Source: a virus
Length of the DNA stretch: 64,000 bases
Direction: 5' to 3' (one strand)
IMG/VR virus record: IMGVR_UViG_3300016478_000246
Location: 1 to 64,000 of that record
The notes beneath the pieces were generated by a model. It was not told the origin of the DNA. It ran no database searches and worked only from the letters and a program-made list of their open reading frames with translations. The translations under genes and the position numbers were made by a program. Below, piece by piece: positions 6,912 to 18,472 of the stretch (within the stretch, counting starts at the first letter, position 1; each line of letters starts with the position of its first letter).

Positions 6912-7338
6912 GCCTTTATTTACAGGTATTGTAACCACAGCAGCTCGCTTTACAGAGGAAGAGTCAAAGCATGGTGGAATTATTGATTCAACTAAGGTTA
7001 ATCAGATTAAAGATATTCAGGAGGTCGTATCAGTATCAGAGCAGGCGTTACAACGAGGCATTAAGCCCGGGGATACATTGCTTTTAGATTTCAAGAGATA
7101 CGCCCAGATGAGGCAAAAGAAAGATTCACTTAAAAGTACTACTGATGAGTTTTATAACAACGTGGTATCGTACTCTATACCAACAATTCTATTGGACCAC
7201 CGAGAGCATCTGCTTGTTGACTTGGCTGATGTTTCATTAATTGTTGATGAATATGAATATGAAACAGAAGGAGAGGGCTTGATTACGGATTTAAGTAAGC
7301 CTATGGATATGGGAGAATCAAGGATTATTTTAAACTAA
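6883..7338 (+). CDS. GroES-like co-chaperonin with insertion
   Basis: KPLFTGIV..ESKHGGII..EVVSV..IKPGDTLL..LDHREHLLVDLADVSLIV parallels the GroES pattern KPL..GGII..VVAVG..VKVGD..IDGEEYLI..DILAIV. Confidence 0.65.
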   Translation: MKILNIKKAKPLFTGIVTTAARFTEEESKHGGIIDSTKVNQIKDIQEVVSVSEQALQRGIKPGDTLLLDFKRYAQMRQKKDSLKSTTDEFYNNVVSYSIPTILLDHREHLLVDLADVSLIVDEYEYETEGEGLITDLSKPMDMGESRIILN

Positions 7339-7344
7339 TATTAT

Positions 7345-7372
7345 AGCTCATCACTTTGTGGTGGGCTTTTTT
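7345..7372 (+). terminator. Intrinsic terminator
   Basis: AGCTCATCAC-ttt-GTGGTGGGCT followed by a T-tract. Confidence 0.7.
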
Positions 7373-7385
7373 AATTTATAGGAAA

Positions 7386-7925
7386 ATGAGATTATTTGAA
7401 TATAGGGATTACAGGCTTAATGTCTTACCAGAGATTTACACTATTAAGATTTTTAAGCAACTGGCAGCCAGGGATAGGACTGATAATAAAACCAAGTTTG
7501 AGAAAGAGCTGGCATATATATATTTCATGCATGACCCACGAAGTGATTTGCAGTACTTAATAGATGAGGATGAGCGAGCGGAAAGGACCAAAGAGCTTAT
7601 AGGGTTAGAGCACAATTTTAAGCCAGACAAGATGCTTGATGAGGCCATACGAATATATAAGGAGAATACCAAGACTACGTCTTCGTTGTTAATTGAAGAT
7701 ATTAAGATTGGGGCTAATAAGTTGCGTGAGTTCATTAAGACAGCAACTATTGATGACAACACTTTTGATAAATACACCAGGGCTCTCTCGTCTCTAATCC
7801 CTCTTGCAGAGCGACTCTCTGATGCCGAAAAGAAGGTTATAAGGGAGGTTGAAGAACTTAGCGATATGCGCGGTAACAAACAAAAGACATTACTTGATGG
7901 TGGTTTTGATAATTTATTTAAGTAA
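7386..7925 (+). CDS. Helical protein upstream of TerL (possible small terminase subunit)
   Basis: Start revised to ATG 7386 (MRLFEY), downstream of the terminator; the function call is positional only. Confidence 0.6.
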   Translation: MRLFEYRDYRLNVLPEIYTIKIFKQLAARDRTDNKTKFEKELAYIYFMHDPRSDLQYLIDEDERAERTKELIGLEHNFKPDKMLDEAIRIYKENTKTTSSLLIEDIKIGANKLREFIKTATIDDNTFDKYTRALSSLIPLAERLSDAEKKVIREVEELSDMRGNKQKTLLDGGFDNLFK

Positions 7926-7927
7926 CT

Positions 7928-10900
7928 ATGTGGGAATTTAATGAATATCAAACTCAGCTTACTGACAAAGTATTAGCCAGTCTTAATGATGAAGAGTTGG
8001 CTGAGCTTGAAGACGTCCTGACAAACGTTGAGTTTGTTAAAAGACTTGTCAGTAAGGATCGTAAGCGGGCTAAGGATTTAGATAGGGATTCCTCAGGAAG
8101 GATTATTGTCGACTTGTCAAATCCACACATTCTTGAAGATATGGATTATTTTAGGGAGTCGGCCATACACTTCCAAAAGTATGGATGCTATACAAAGCTC
8201 ATGCCAAACCCAAACCCACAGTCTGAATATGGGCAATGGCTAAAGCGTGAGGTTCGGAGAATATGGCAGGGGATGGTTAGGCCTTCTGATGGTGAGTGGA
8301 TACCGGGGGATATGTACTTTTACTTAAACTACTTCCCAATCGTCCAGACCAAGATTAAGAAAGGCACTAAGATTGGTGAACGCGTCACTGACCTGCCAGA
8401 GGTGTGGGAGGGGGTGTATTGGAGATTTCATTATATGCATCAAGCCAGGTTCGGAGGCCTTTATGATGACTTCAAGGGCGCACATCATGGTTGTGAGATT
8501 GCAAGACGCGGGGCAAGTAAGAGTTATTCGCTTGGGGCTGTACTGACAAAGACATTTTTGCTTGGAGAGAACGAGCTATCAAGGGCTAAAGTTAAAAGCT
8601 TAGCACTCGCATATCAAAAAGAATACTTGATTAAGGATGGTCTTATAAACAAATTTGTTGACGGACTGACGCATTGCGCTAAATACACGCAGTTTCCATC
8701 AAACAGGATTAAGAGTTCATGGACTGACATGCACTGGGTATTGGGTTTTAAGAACGATGATGATGATGACGATGGCCTGCTTAACGAGATGATTGGTGTT
8801 GCCATCAAAGATAACTCCGACAAAGCCCGTGGTAAGCGTAGTAGCAAGGTGTTTTATGAAGAGTTTGGTATGTTTCCAGGATTTCTTGACCTATGGCAGA
8901 CATCATTACCAAACGTCCAGGAGGGCGAGATTGTATTTGGTCAGGCATATAGTATTGGCACAGGGGGAACGGAGGGCTGCTTGACAGCCGGGAATCAAGT
9001 GATAACTGGAGATGGAAGAAGCATAGATATAAAAAATTTAAGAATCAATGACACGATAGTTGGGTATGACGTTAAATCCAAATCAATAGTTATTGAAGAT
9101 GTTAAATATTTAAATGTAACACCCGGCGTCAAATGCGTTCGGATAGAAACTTCTAATGGACGCAAGATAGAGTGCACAAGAAATCATCCAATATACTCAA
9201 GTAATAAATCCGATTGCAATGAAAGAAGGATTTTTCAGTGGATAGAATCTTCAGATCTAAAGGTTGGCGACTTAATCACCGTACCATCATCTATACCTTA
9301 TTTTGGCGACAAGAGCATATGGGATCCAAGGGCTGTTGGCCTGCTTATTGGCGATGGAAGTTACGGAGAAAAACAGAATGTAAGAATATGTTCTTGTGAT
9401 CATGAAATAATAGATTATTTTGAAAAGAATTATAAAACCACGACGCAAAATTCTTATTTAACTAAAGATGGAAAAGGGTTCAAGACTATAACAATAAAAG
9501 GAGTAAGAGATAAGTTGAGAGAAGTTGGCATATATGGGCAAACAAAAAATAACAAAAGACTCCCGCCAAATTATGGTAGTTTAAACAAGAACGACCTAAG
9601 GCTAATCATTGCTGGATTATTTGACACGGATGGTAATGTAAATGTGTCTTTAAACAAAAAAAGAGGGACGTATTCTCCGGTAATATCATTATCATCGGCA
9701 TACAAAGAACTCCTTGTCGAAGTTTTGCTTGTGCTGCAAAAATTTGGAATTCATGCAAACATACAGACAAAAAAACCAAATTTAAATAAAAAATCCGGCA
9801 TAATCGATAAAAGCAATTACTATTCTCTTGAAATATCTGATGTTGATAGTATAATAAACTTTTATAAAGAAATTCCATTACTTATTGGGTATAAAATTGA
9901 GGCGTTAAAGTTTGCATATGAAAAAGCATTGTTCAAAAAATCATTAAGGAGAAATAAAGAATTCTATTATGAAAAAATTATATCAATAGAAGATGCTGGA
10001 GAAAAAGACATATACAATCTAACAACGTCTGGTACTCATACTTATTTAGCTAATGGGATAATAACTCACAACTCGGACTTTAGCGGAGCTCTTGAAATGA
10101 TTAATTATCCGTCAGGATATAATGTGTATTCGCTTCCAAATGTTTATGATAGGGGGTCTGATGGTTCTAAAAGAACAATATTTTTCTTTCCTGGCTATGT
10201 AAACTCTAAAGGTTATTATAATAAAGATGGCGTTTCTGATGTCGTTGGAGCACTAATGTCTGAGATAAAATTTAGGGTGGTTCTTAAATACAACTCATCA
10301 GATCCAATGCAGTTGACCAGGCGTAAGGCTGAGACAGCGTTCACCTTGCAGGATGCTATTATGAGAAGCTCCGGTACTGCTTATCCAGCAGACATGCTTA
10401 ATGACCGGATTAATGAGTTAAATCTTGACCCTAAATATCCAGATAGCATGTGGATTGGCAGATTGTCAATGAATAACGAGGGCAATGTTGAATATAAGGT
10501 AACTCCTGAGTTAAAATACATCACTGAATTTCCACACAAAGATAATAAGAAGAGAGCCGCTATATGTATCAAAGAGCAGCCAAAGAAAGACTCTGCTGGT
10601 AAAATACCTTGGGGAAGATATATAGCCGGGGCGGATGTGTTAATTAGCACCTTTTAGTAGTAATGCTAATCGAATAAGTGGGCAAAATCGAAGAAGGTCT
10701 GGGAGCAACCAGAAAACATCGAGGTAACTTGCAGATTAAAGATCTACAAGAACTGTAACGCATAGTGGATGAAACTGATTATTCAGAATATAATTCCACC
10801 AAGAGTGTCCGCCATCCAGAAATGGATGATGATATATGCTGAGCTGGTCCGAATTGACGGAAGTATTCGCATCATGGAGCGATGCGATATGAGGGCGACC

Positions 10901-11603
10901 TCCAGAAGCGCAGGATAAAAAGCCTGCACGATAACAAACTGACGATGATGATGGCTCCAATACACTATCACTATTTAGCCTATTTATCCTTGACACATTC
11001 ACCGATGAATTAGTCTTTGAATACACTGGACGTAATGATTTTGCGGACGATGATTATGAGGTCGCAAGGCTTGCTTGTTTGTACTATAATGCCGAATTAA
11101 ACTATGAGAATAACAAGAAGGGCTTGTTTAAACACTTCTCAAAGCACGGATGCTTATACCTCCTCTCAGACACGCTTGAATATCTTAAAGACAAAGATGT
11201 TGTTAAGGGTAATCTGTATGGCAATAAAAGTAAGGGTACTGGCAATTATGGCAAAGTTGGGTACTATGCCCGAAGAGCTATCCGCGAATGGTTGCTGCAT
11301 GAGCAGGAGTTAATCACTGTAAAAGAAGAGAATGGCGTCCCATATGAAGACCGTAGAAACGTAACCATGATTAACAAACTGTGGAGCAAAGCTTTATGCC
11401 AGGAGCTTGCTATGTGGAATGTAGATGGCAACTTTGACCGACATGACGCCCTGGCAATGTTAATGCTTTTAAGAGAAGATAAGCTTCGTATGCGCGGAAC
11501 GCGCAGTATGCAGGACCTTGACAATGAACGTAGTGCTGGATATTTGGGGAATGATCCATTTTTCGAGAAAAATTACAAATCTTCAAAGAGAGATAATTAT
11601 TAA
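7928..11603 (+). CDS. terL: Terminase large subunit: join(7928..10640,10942..11603), 1124-aa precursor, ~759 aa after intein removal
   Basis: ARRGASKS Walker A, FYEEFG Walker B and GTGG motif. Splicing restores the nuclease motif YIAGADVYDDD and the frame to YENN...NFDRHDAL. Confidence 0.9.
8978..10072 (+). mobile_element. Intein (365 aa) with LAGLIDADG homing endonuclease in TerL
   Basis: Starts CLTAG; block B IECTRNHPI; LLIGDG and GLFDTDG motifs; ends IITHN with Ser at +1. Confidence 0.95.
10641..10941 (+). mobile_element. Group I intron in terL (301 nt, no ORF)
   Basis: P1 GUGU/GCAC places a U-G pair at the 5' site; terminal G; P7 GCAUA/UAUGC; the junction T|AC restores Tyr. Confidence 0.88.
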
Positions 11604-11651
11604 CTATAAATAAAAGAATCGTATATACACTATAACAATTCAAGTTGTAAT

Positions 11652-11683
11652 TTTGTTTATGCGATTTTTTTTTGTTATATTTG
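11652..11683 (+). promoter_or_regulatory. Bacteroidota primary-sigma promoter (portal)
   Basis: TTTG-N20-TATATTTG. Confidence 0.75.
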
Positions 11684-11708
11684 CCTTAATTTAAAAACTA
11701 TTAATATT

Positions 11709-14096
11709 ATGCAATCAGCATTATATAATTTTCCACGGCAAAAACTCCCGTGGACCCAAAAGAACAAGGAGTGGCGCAAGAAGGTGGTTGATTGGGCTGA
11801 TAACAAGTTTTTCTTAAACGACAATAGCATCCGCAAATCATTTGTGCGCAAGCGCATTAATTATAACCTGGTCAACGGATTTTTAGATATGGAGGATATA
11901 CAAGCAGTATTGAATCCTGACAATATTGATGCAAGCTATATTCCTGAAAACATTCAGCACTATCCTACCATCAATGCTAAGATGAACATTCTTAGAGGAG
12001 AGGAGTTTAAACGCAGGTATGATTTTAGGGCAATTGTGACTAATCCAAATGCTATAAGCGAGATTGAGGAAAATAAGCGTAAATTAATGATTGAAGAACT
12101 TAAGGGGCTTGTTGAGAACCAGGAGCTAAGCGAGGAGGAATACAATAAGCGTCTTGACGACATGCAATACTACTACACTTACGAGTGGCAGGATATGCGT
12201 GAAGAGCGCGCTAATATGATTGTTAAGCATTACTCAAAAGAGCTTGATTTCAGGGAGAAGTTTAATCATGGATTCCTTGATGTTATGACTGTTGGCGAAG
12301 AAATCTATCAGTGCGATATTGTTGGTGGAGAGCCGACCCTTGAGCGTATAACCCCAATGAAGCTGCATGTCTTTAAGAATGGTTATTCAAACAGAATAGA
12401 AGATGCGGACATTATTGTAAGCATTGACTATTGGAGTCCTGGCCGCGTTATAGACACATACTACGATGTGTTGACCCAGAAGGATATTGATTACATTGAT
12501 AATATGCCGGAGATGTATAATGCCGGAGCAATGGACAATATTGACGAGCGCAATGGGTTCTTTACGACATCAGACATTAATGCCTTTGACACCACCGGCA
12601 CATCTATTATAGACAACTATGCAATCTTTGGGCAAGTATATGGTTCGTCAGCGACAACCAACTACTATGACAATAATGGAAATATTCGAGTAACACGTGT
12701 TTACTGGAAGTCTAAGCGTAAAATTAAAAAGGTTAAATGGTTTAATCCCGAAACTGCCGAGGAGGAGTTTGATTTTTATAATGAGGATTTCAAAATTGAT
12801 AAAACGCTGGGCCAGGAAGAAACTATCTTTTGGATTAATGAGGCTTGGGAGGGCACAAAGATTGGTAAAGATATTTACGTAAATATGCGACCGCGCGTAG
12901 TTCAATATAACAGACTTAGTAATCCATCAAAATGTCACTTTGGATTTGTAGGATCAGTATATAATTTTAATGATAATAAGCCTTATTCTCTTGTAGACGT
13001 CATGAAGCCATATGCGTATCTGTATGATGTGTTACATGATAGGCTTAATAAGGCTATTGCTGCAAACTGGGGCAAGATTATAAAAGTCGACTTAGCACTG
13101 ATTCCTAAAGGCTGGGAGCTCGATAAGTGGTTATATTATGCTAAGGTAAATCACATGGCGGTTGTCGATTCATTCAAGGAGGGTAATTATGGGTCATCAA
13201 CAGGTAAGTTGGCAGGGATGCTCCAGCAGAACTCTCAAGTAATTGATGCAGAGACTGGCAATTATATCCAGCAGCACATTAACCTTTTGGAGTTTGTCAA
13301 GATGGAAATGTCCGAAGCTTCCGGAATATCTAAGCAACGTGAAGGCCAGGTATCTGCAAGTGAGACAGTTGGTGGTGTTGAGAGAGCTACAATGCAATCA
13401 TCGCATATCACAGAATGGTTGTTCTCAGTCCATGATAATGTTAAGAAAAGGGTTTTGGAGTGCTTCATAGAGACCGTTAAGGTGGCTATGAAAGGCAGGT
13501 CTAAGAAGTTCCAGTACATCCTTAATGACGGCTCTATCAAAATGGTCGATATTGACGGGGATGAGTTCTCAGAATGCGACTATGGTATTGTTATGGACAA
13601 TAGCACTGAGACCAACAATCTTGCCAACAATCTTGACCAACTTGCTCACGCAGCTATGCAAAACCAAACACTTTCATTCTCATCAATTATGAGGATATTA
13701 ACATCTCCATCATTGTCTGAAATACAAAGAATTATTGAGAGGGACGAAAAGAGTATGTTAGAGCGCAAGAGTCAAGAGATGCAGAATGAGTCTAAGTTAA
13801 GAGAGATGGATATCCAGGCACGGTCACAGGCTGAGGCTGAAAGATTGCAACAGGAAGATATGATTAATCTCCGTGACAATGAAACTAAAATCATGCTTAA
13901 GCAGATGGAGTTAGAGTTTGACAGTTCTACCGAAGCCTCAAAAGAGGAGTTGATGCAAAAGATTAAGGAATTTGATGAAAAGATACGACTTGACAGGGAG
14001 CGTTTGCAGCATCAAAAGGAAGTTGATAACAAAAAATTAGCTCTTGAAGACAAGAAAATAAAAGCGCAGTCTAAGGCTAAAGCAAAGACAGCTTAA
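11709..14096 (+). CDS. Portal protein
   Basis: 795 aa directly after terL; crAss-portal-like segments (IQHYP, WINEAWEGTKIG, GISKQREGQ..SETVGGVERA) and a coiled-coil C-terminus. Confidence 0.88.
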   Translation: MQSALYNFPRQKLPWTQKNKEWRKKVVDWADNKFFLNDNSIRKSFVRKRINYNLVNGFLDMEDIQAVLNPDNIDASYIPENIQHYPTINAKMNILRGEEFKRRYDFRAIVTNPNAISEIEENKRKLMIEELKGLVENQELSEEEYNKRLDDMQYYYTYEWQDMREERANMIVKHYSKELDFREKFNHGFLDVMTVGEEIYQCDIVGGEPTLERITPMKLHVFKNGYSNRIEDADIIVSIDYWSPGRVIDTYYDVLTQKDIDYIDNMPEMYNAGAMDNIDERNGFFTTSDINAFDTTGTSIIDNYAIFGQVYGSSATTNYYDNNGNIRVTRVYWKSKRKIKKVKWFNPETAEEEFDFYNEDFKIDKTLGQEETIFWINEAWEGTKIGKDIYVNMRPRVVQYNRLSNPSKCHFGFVGSVYNFNDNKPYSLVDVMKPYAYLYDVLHDRLNKAIAANWGKIIKVDLALIPKGWELDKWLYYAKVNHMAVVDSFKEGNYGSSTGKLAGMLQQNSQVIDAETGNYIQQHINLLEFVKMEMSEASGISKQREGQVSASETVGGVERATMQSSHITEWLFSVHDNVKKRVLECFIETVKVAMKGRSKKFQYILNDGSIKMVDIDGDEFSECDYGIVMDNSTETNNLANNLDQLAHAAMQNQTLSFSSIMRILTSPSLSEIQRIIERDEKSMLERKSQEMQNESKLREMDIQARSQAEAERLQQEDMINLRDNETKIMLKQMELEFDSSTEASKEELMQKIKEFDEKIRLDRERLQHQKEVDNKKLALEDKKIKAQSKAKAKTA

Positions 14097-14139
14097 TCCC
14101 AAATGGTTTCTGGGTGGTTCGATTCCACCCTGGGAGCAA
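14097..14139 (+). other. tRNA-like T-arm/acceptor minihelix
   Basis: TCCCA...GGGTGG-TTCGATT-CCACCC-TGGGA; no D or anticodon arm. Confidence 0.55.
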
Positions 14140-14154
14140 TTAATATCTATAAAT

Positions 14155-17100
14155 ATGATAAAATATATTAACGGCAAGGTTGAAATATGGTTCAGTGACT
14201 TGCCACCAACTAATATCAATTCTATCTGGATGTACAAGAATGTCACTGTGGGAGATCCTGATGACTATGTGTACGACTTTAGAGTTTACAACCGGCATAA
14301 AGACCTATGGGAGACTGTGGTTGATGCCGAGACTTATGAAATGGTTGATCAATATCCAACCATAAACGATTTCCCTGACGTAGGGGATCCTATCCCGCCA
14401 AGCGAGACAAAGCTGTATATTGACCAGGAGTTTAAAAATGCATACTTTTATAGCAACGGCAATTACTATAAAATAGTTCAGGACTCTCCAGATTATATGA
14501 ATACTGACGGGTCAAACTCAAATGTTAAGACTTTTGTTTTTAACACGGCTGTAGATGAAGTCACTGGATTGTCTGCTGGGATGATGCGCTGGTCGCAGGA
14601 TGATGGGACCTTAAACTTGGGCATGAATGGCGGAGATGTAGAGCAGTCTATTGGGCTTGAGCTTTACTATCGGGTAACAGCTAACGCACAGATTACAAAT
14701 GGTCGTCTTGTCGCAGCAGCAGGGACTCCTGGAAATTCAGGCACTATTTTGGCCTCACATGCCGGACCAGGTATAGACCCTAGATATATTCTTGGTATTG
14801 CAACACAGAATATAAACACTGGCGAAAGAGGGTTTGTTACATGGTTTGGTAAAATACGGCACATCAAGACTAATGGGAATGGTCGTGGAGAGGTGTGGGC
14901 GAATGGCGATTTGTTGTATCAAAGCCCGACTTATGTTGGAGAGCTAACAAAGACACAACCTCCAGCCCCGTATAACAAAGCTCCAATAGCAATAATTATA
15001 AGTGCCCATGCGACCAATGGTGCTATATTTGTCAGAATCCAGAGAAGCCTAAAGCTTGATAACATTAATGATGTTGACGTTGCAACAGCAGTTCCTGGGA
15101 ATCCTTTAGCAAAGGGATTTGACAATGTCTGGAGAGCTTACTCATCCATAATCCTCTCGCAAATCACCGGAGAGAATGGGGAGGTTGATGTCATAGGTGA
15201 TTTAAGAGCATCAAATTTATACACTGTAGGAGAAGTCCAGGCTGAAGAAATAACAGCAGTAGCGGCGGTTAACGCAGGTCCAGAGGGGTTTAAAAAGTTA
15301 GGCAAGACTGACGATGATTTGCTTTTAGCAGGGGGTGGAGATTTAGCCATTCAAGACCTTAAGGCTGGGATATATCAATTGTACAACCCATCTAATAATA
15401 CTCAAGTAGTATTGGAGATAAACGCTGCTGGACAAGTTCTTGTAACGGGGGATATAATCCAGAATGGAGATTCTTACATTGTAGACGCAGAAGAAATAAC
15501 CACAAAAGAGCAACAGATTACTTTACGTAGTGATGCTACTACTGGTATGCCTATTAACGACCTTGCTGGTTTTATCATTAAGTTGTATGATGGTGTTAAT
15601 GATGGAATGATTGTTATTGATAACACTGGCACTCTTCGTATTGGAGATGTAGGTGATTTACAACCTGTATTAACAAGAGAAGAAACTCCAGTAAACCAAT
15701 CCCCACTATTTTTTAATACTACAACTAAACGAGCTGAAACATTACCTGGAACTACTACAAAGTCTTTATTAGTTGATAATGATGCTGTAATGGTAAAAGA
15801 TAGTGCAGATACTTATAAACCTAAATGGTGGTCTTTCGCCAACATCAAGGCTAATCTTAAAAGTTACTTCGATACATTATACTTGCGTCTTGCTGATGTA
15901 TCACAAACAGTAGCTGGGACAATTACTTTCAGCAAATCTCCTGTTGTGCCTAATCCCACTACATCTGGGCAAGCACTAAATAAAGGTACTGGTGATAGTT
16001 CATATGTTGGACTAACTGGTAATCAGACTATTGCGAATGTGAAAACTTTCACCTCTCCTCCTGTTGTGCCCTCACCTGTAAACAATAACGATGCAGCTAA
16101 TAAAGCGTATGTGCAAAGTGTTATCACAGTCGGTAATGATACCTATCAGGAGAATAAGCTGATTACCGATGCAAGGGTTGCAACGCTCGAAAACGTAATC
16201 AATTCTGCCAATATCAATCAGGAGACTACCGCAACAGCAACTGGTGTCGACACGATAGCACTTCCAAAAACAGCTGCAAACGGAGGTATGCAGGTGCAGT
16301 TGTTTGGGCAGAGTGCGCAGAATTTGGTTACAAATGGTGATTTTAGGAATGGTACGACAGGGTGGAATATAGTTAATGCTACTGCAACAACACTACAACC
16401 AACTATAACTATAACAAATACCGCAGGAAGTGATTCGCAAATAAATCAAAACACTGGTATATCGGCTTTAACAGGGTTAAAGTTTTATTCCAGTGCAAAA
16501 TTTAAAGTTATTGGAGATTTATGTGCAAACATAGGAATAATTATACAGGGACAAACTTCAGGGCTTGACGCAATTGTACAGCAATTAAATCCAGTTAATG
16601 GTACAGAGTATAAATTAAGTGGTCTCTTTGCACTGACAAGCGCATACTCAGGAAATATATTTCTTAGATACCGTTTTGTATTTTCTAATTCAACAAATGC
16701 TATTGGGAAAAAGCTTGAAATATCTAACGTTATCGCCATCAACCTCACCGCAACCTTCGGAGCAGGCAACGAGCCTACCAAAGAGCAATGCGATGTTTTA
16801 TTTGCCAACTATTTTGAAGGTAGCGACAATGTACTGGGAACTGGACGGGTAAGGAGTGTTGGGAAGAATCTCTTAAATCTTAACACTCTCGGAAAAAAGA
16901 TTTACACTGGAACTTTAGACGGAATGACAGCTGCTCAGCGTTTATTGTATTATGACATTTTAATGCCGATTGCGCGAACAGGTGTTATTTCAAGCTCTCT
17001 TTCTGAATACGTTATTGAGCCTAACAGAGTTGAAGTAACCACATCACTTTCAAGCTATGGGATAGGGTTTAAAATAAAAGCAAAAGCAGGAGATATATTC

Positions 17101-18468
17101 ACAAGCAAAACAACTACATCAACTGGCTATATAGGATTTGGTTCATTTAATTCAAGTGGGGTTAATTTATCGAATGGTATAGGTACATTTACCTGTCCTG
17201 AAGGTACAGCATTTATTCTTGTGGCGTTAGTTACTAACACCGCAAATGTAAAAGCGGTTTTCATTGACAGTTTAATCGAGCGCGGTACAACCGCAACCAC
17301 CTACGAACCTTTCCGCCAATCAATCCTACAACTCACCACCCCACCACTCCGCTCCAACGGCCTTATCAAAGACGAAATCCGCAAGGGTGCGAATGGGTAT
17401 GAGCTGGTTAAACGGGTTGGAGTTGGGACGTTGGGAACTAACATAGTTATTAACGGAACATTTGATACAGATACAGGTTGGGCGAAAGCTTCTGATGTAA
17501 CTATTTCTGGTGGAACATTTAATATAAATTCAGCAGAAGGAATGACATCTAACTCAACATCTCAGGTAGGTTATTTAACAGCTGGTAAATGGTATAAAGT
17601 TATTTTTACTGTTGTTTCAATATCAAGAGGTTTAGTAACCGTGAGACCGGGTCATCTTGCAAATGTAACTGCCAGAAGTGCATCAGGAACATATTCTGAA
17701 TACATATTACAGTCAGGAAATAATTATATTTACATAACTGGAATGGCCGGAGCTGTTTGTTCAATAGATAATATATCATTTCAAGAGGTTTCTGCATCCG
17801 AAGCAATCGCAGCGACAAGCAAATTTACTGAACTCGGAAGCAACATCCACTACACCCTCGCCACCCCAACCATCACACCAATCCCTCACGCAGGACTGCT
17901 TAACAGCAACAGCAACGGAACAGCCTATTTTGAGCCCATAATTGCCGATGCAGGGGTTTACGCAAGTAACATAGCGGTACAGCTAACCGACTACCCGATT
18001 GCGTCGTTTGAATCAATCCGCAAGTACGCAAACGGAACTTATACGGAGCTATCCCTGACAACAGGATTGACCATTGCTCCTGATGGATTGAGTTTTACAC
18101 ATTCTGGATTGAACACTGGCGATTTGGTAATGTTTACCTACGCTTACAGCAAAGACAGTATCGGAAGGAGTATGACACTATCCTATGCTATAAGTAACTC
18201 TAATCCATACTACAATGTCACCAATTCAGTTCCATTGTCAACAGGTTACTACACTTCAACCACTGCTCGTGCAGCTGTACCCGAAGGAGTACGTAAGACA
18301 GGCTTGATTCTTACATATGAAACAGCGGCAGGAGTATGGTACACTGAAAGGTATATCGGTACAGCTACTGACACTACGAGCTGGACTACTTCAAGCAACT
18401 GGGAGGTAGGAGTTTTGAGAATCGCATCAGTAACTGACACAACAGAATACGCAGAAATAACAATCTAA
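14155..18468 (+). CDS. Tail fibre / receptor-binding protein (1437 aa)
   Basis: Fibre repeats (QTVAGTITFS, QTIANVKTFT, AANKAYV) and CBM-like modules starting NLVTNGDF and NIVINGTF. Confidence 0.7.
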   Translation: MIKYINGKVEIWFSDLPPTNINSIWMYKNVTVGDPDDYVYDFRVYNRHKDLWETVVDAETYEMVDQYPTINDFPDVGDPIPPSETKLYIDQEFKNAYFYSNGNYYKIVQDSPDYMNTDGSNSNVKTFVFNTAVDEVTGLSAGMMRWSQDDGTLNLGMNGGDVEQSIGLELYYRVTANAQITNGRLVAAAGTPGNSGTILASHAGPGIDPRYILGIATQNINTGERGFVTWFGKIRHIKTNGNGRGEVWANGDLLYQSPTYVGELTKTQPPAPYNKAPIAIIISAHATNGAIFVRIQRSLKLDNINDVDVATAVPGNPLAKGFDNVWRAYSSIILSQITGENGEVDVIGDLRASNLYTVGEVQAEEITAVAAVNAGPEGFKKLGKTDDDLLLAGGGDLAIQDLKAGIYQLYNPSNNTQVVLEINAAGQVLVTGDIIQNGDSYIVDAEEITTKEQQITLRSDATTGMPINDLAGFIIKLYDGVNDGMIVIDNTGTLRIGDVGDLQPVLTREETPVNQSPLFFNTTTKRAETLPGTTTKSLLVDNDAVMVKDSADTYKPKWWSFANIKANLKSYFDTLYLRLADVSQTVAGTITFSKSPVVPNPTTSGQALNKGTGDSSYVGLTGNQTIANVKTFTSPPVVPSPVNNNDAANKAYVQSVITVGNDTYQENKLITDARVATLENVINSANINQETTATATGVDTIALPKTAANGGMQVQLFGQSAQNLVTNGDFRNGTTGWNIVNATATTLQPTITITNTAGSDSQINQNTGISALTGLKFYSSAKFKVIGDLCANIGIIIQGQTSGLDAIVQQLNPVNGTEYKLSGLFALTSAYSGNIFLRYRFVFSNSTNAIGKKLEISNVIAINLTATFGAGNEPTKEQCDVLFANYFEGSDNVLGTGRVRSVGKNLLNLNTLGKKIYTGTLDGMTAAQRLLYYDILMPIARTGVISSSLSEYVIEPNRVEVTTSLSSYGIGFKIKAKAGDIFTSKTTTSTGYIGFGSFNSSGVNLSNGIGTFTCPEGTAFILVALVTNTANVKAVFIDSLIERGTTATTYEPFRQSILQLTTPPLRSNGLIKDEIRKGANGYELVKRVGVGTLGTNIVINGTFDTDTGWAKASDVTISGGTFNINSAEGMTSNSTSQVGYLTAGKWYKVIFTVVSISRGLVTVRPGHLANVTARSASGTYSEYILQSGNNYIYITGMAGAVCSIDNISFQEVSASEAIAATSKFTELGSNIHYTLATPTITPIPHAGLLNSNSNGTAYFEPIIADAGVYASNIAVQLTDYPIASFESIRKYANGTYTELSLTTGLTIAPDGLSFTHSGLNTGDLVMFTYAYSKDSIGRSMTLSYAISNSNPYYNVTNSVPLSTGYYTSTTARAAVPEGVRKTGLILTYETAAGVWYTERYIGTATDTTSWTTSSNWEVGVLRIASVTDTTEYAEITI

Positions 18469-18472
18469 GAAT

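Noticed and set aside
8752-8773. GAT repeat encoding poly-Asp in TerL as a contingency locus
   Set aside because: Short, in frame and interrupted by GAC; consistent with an acidic loop.
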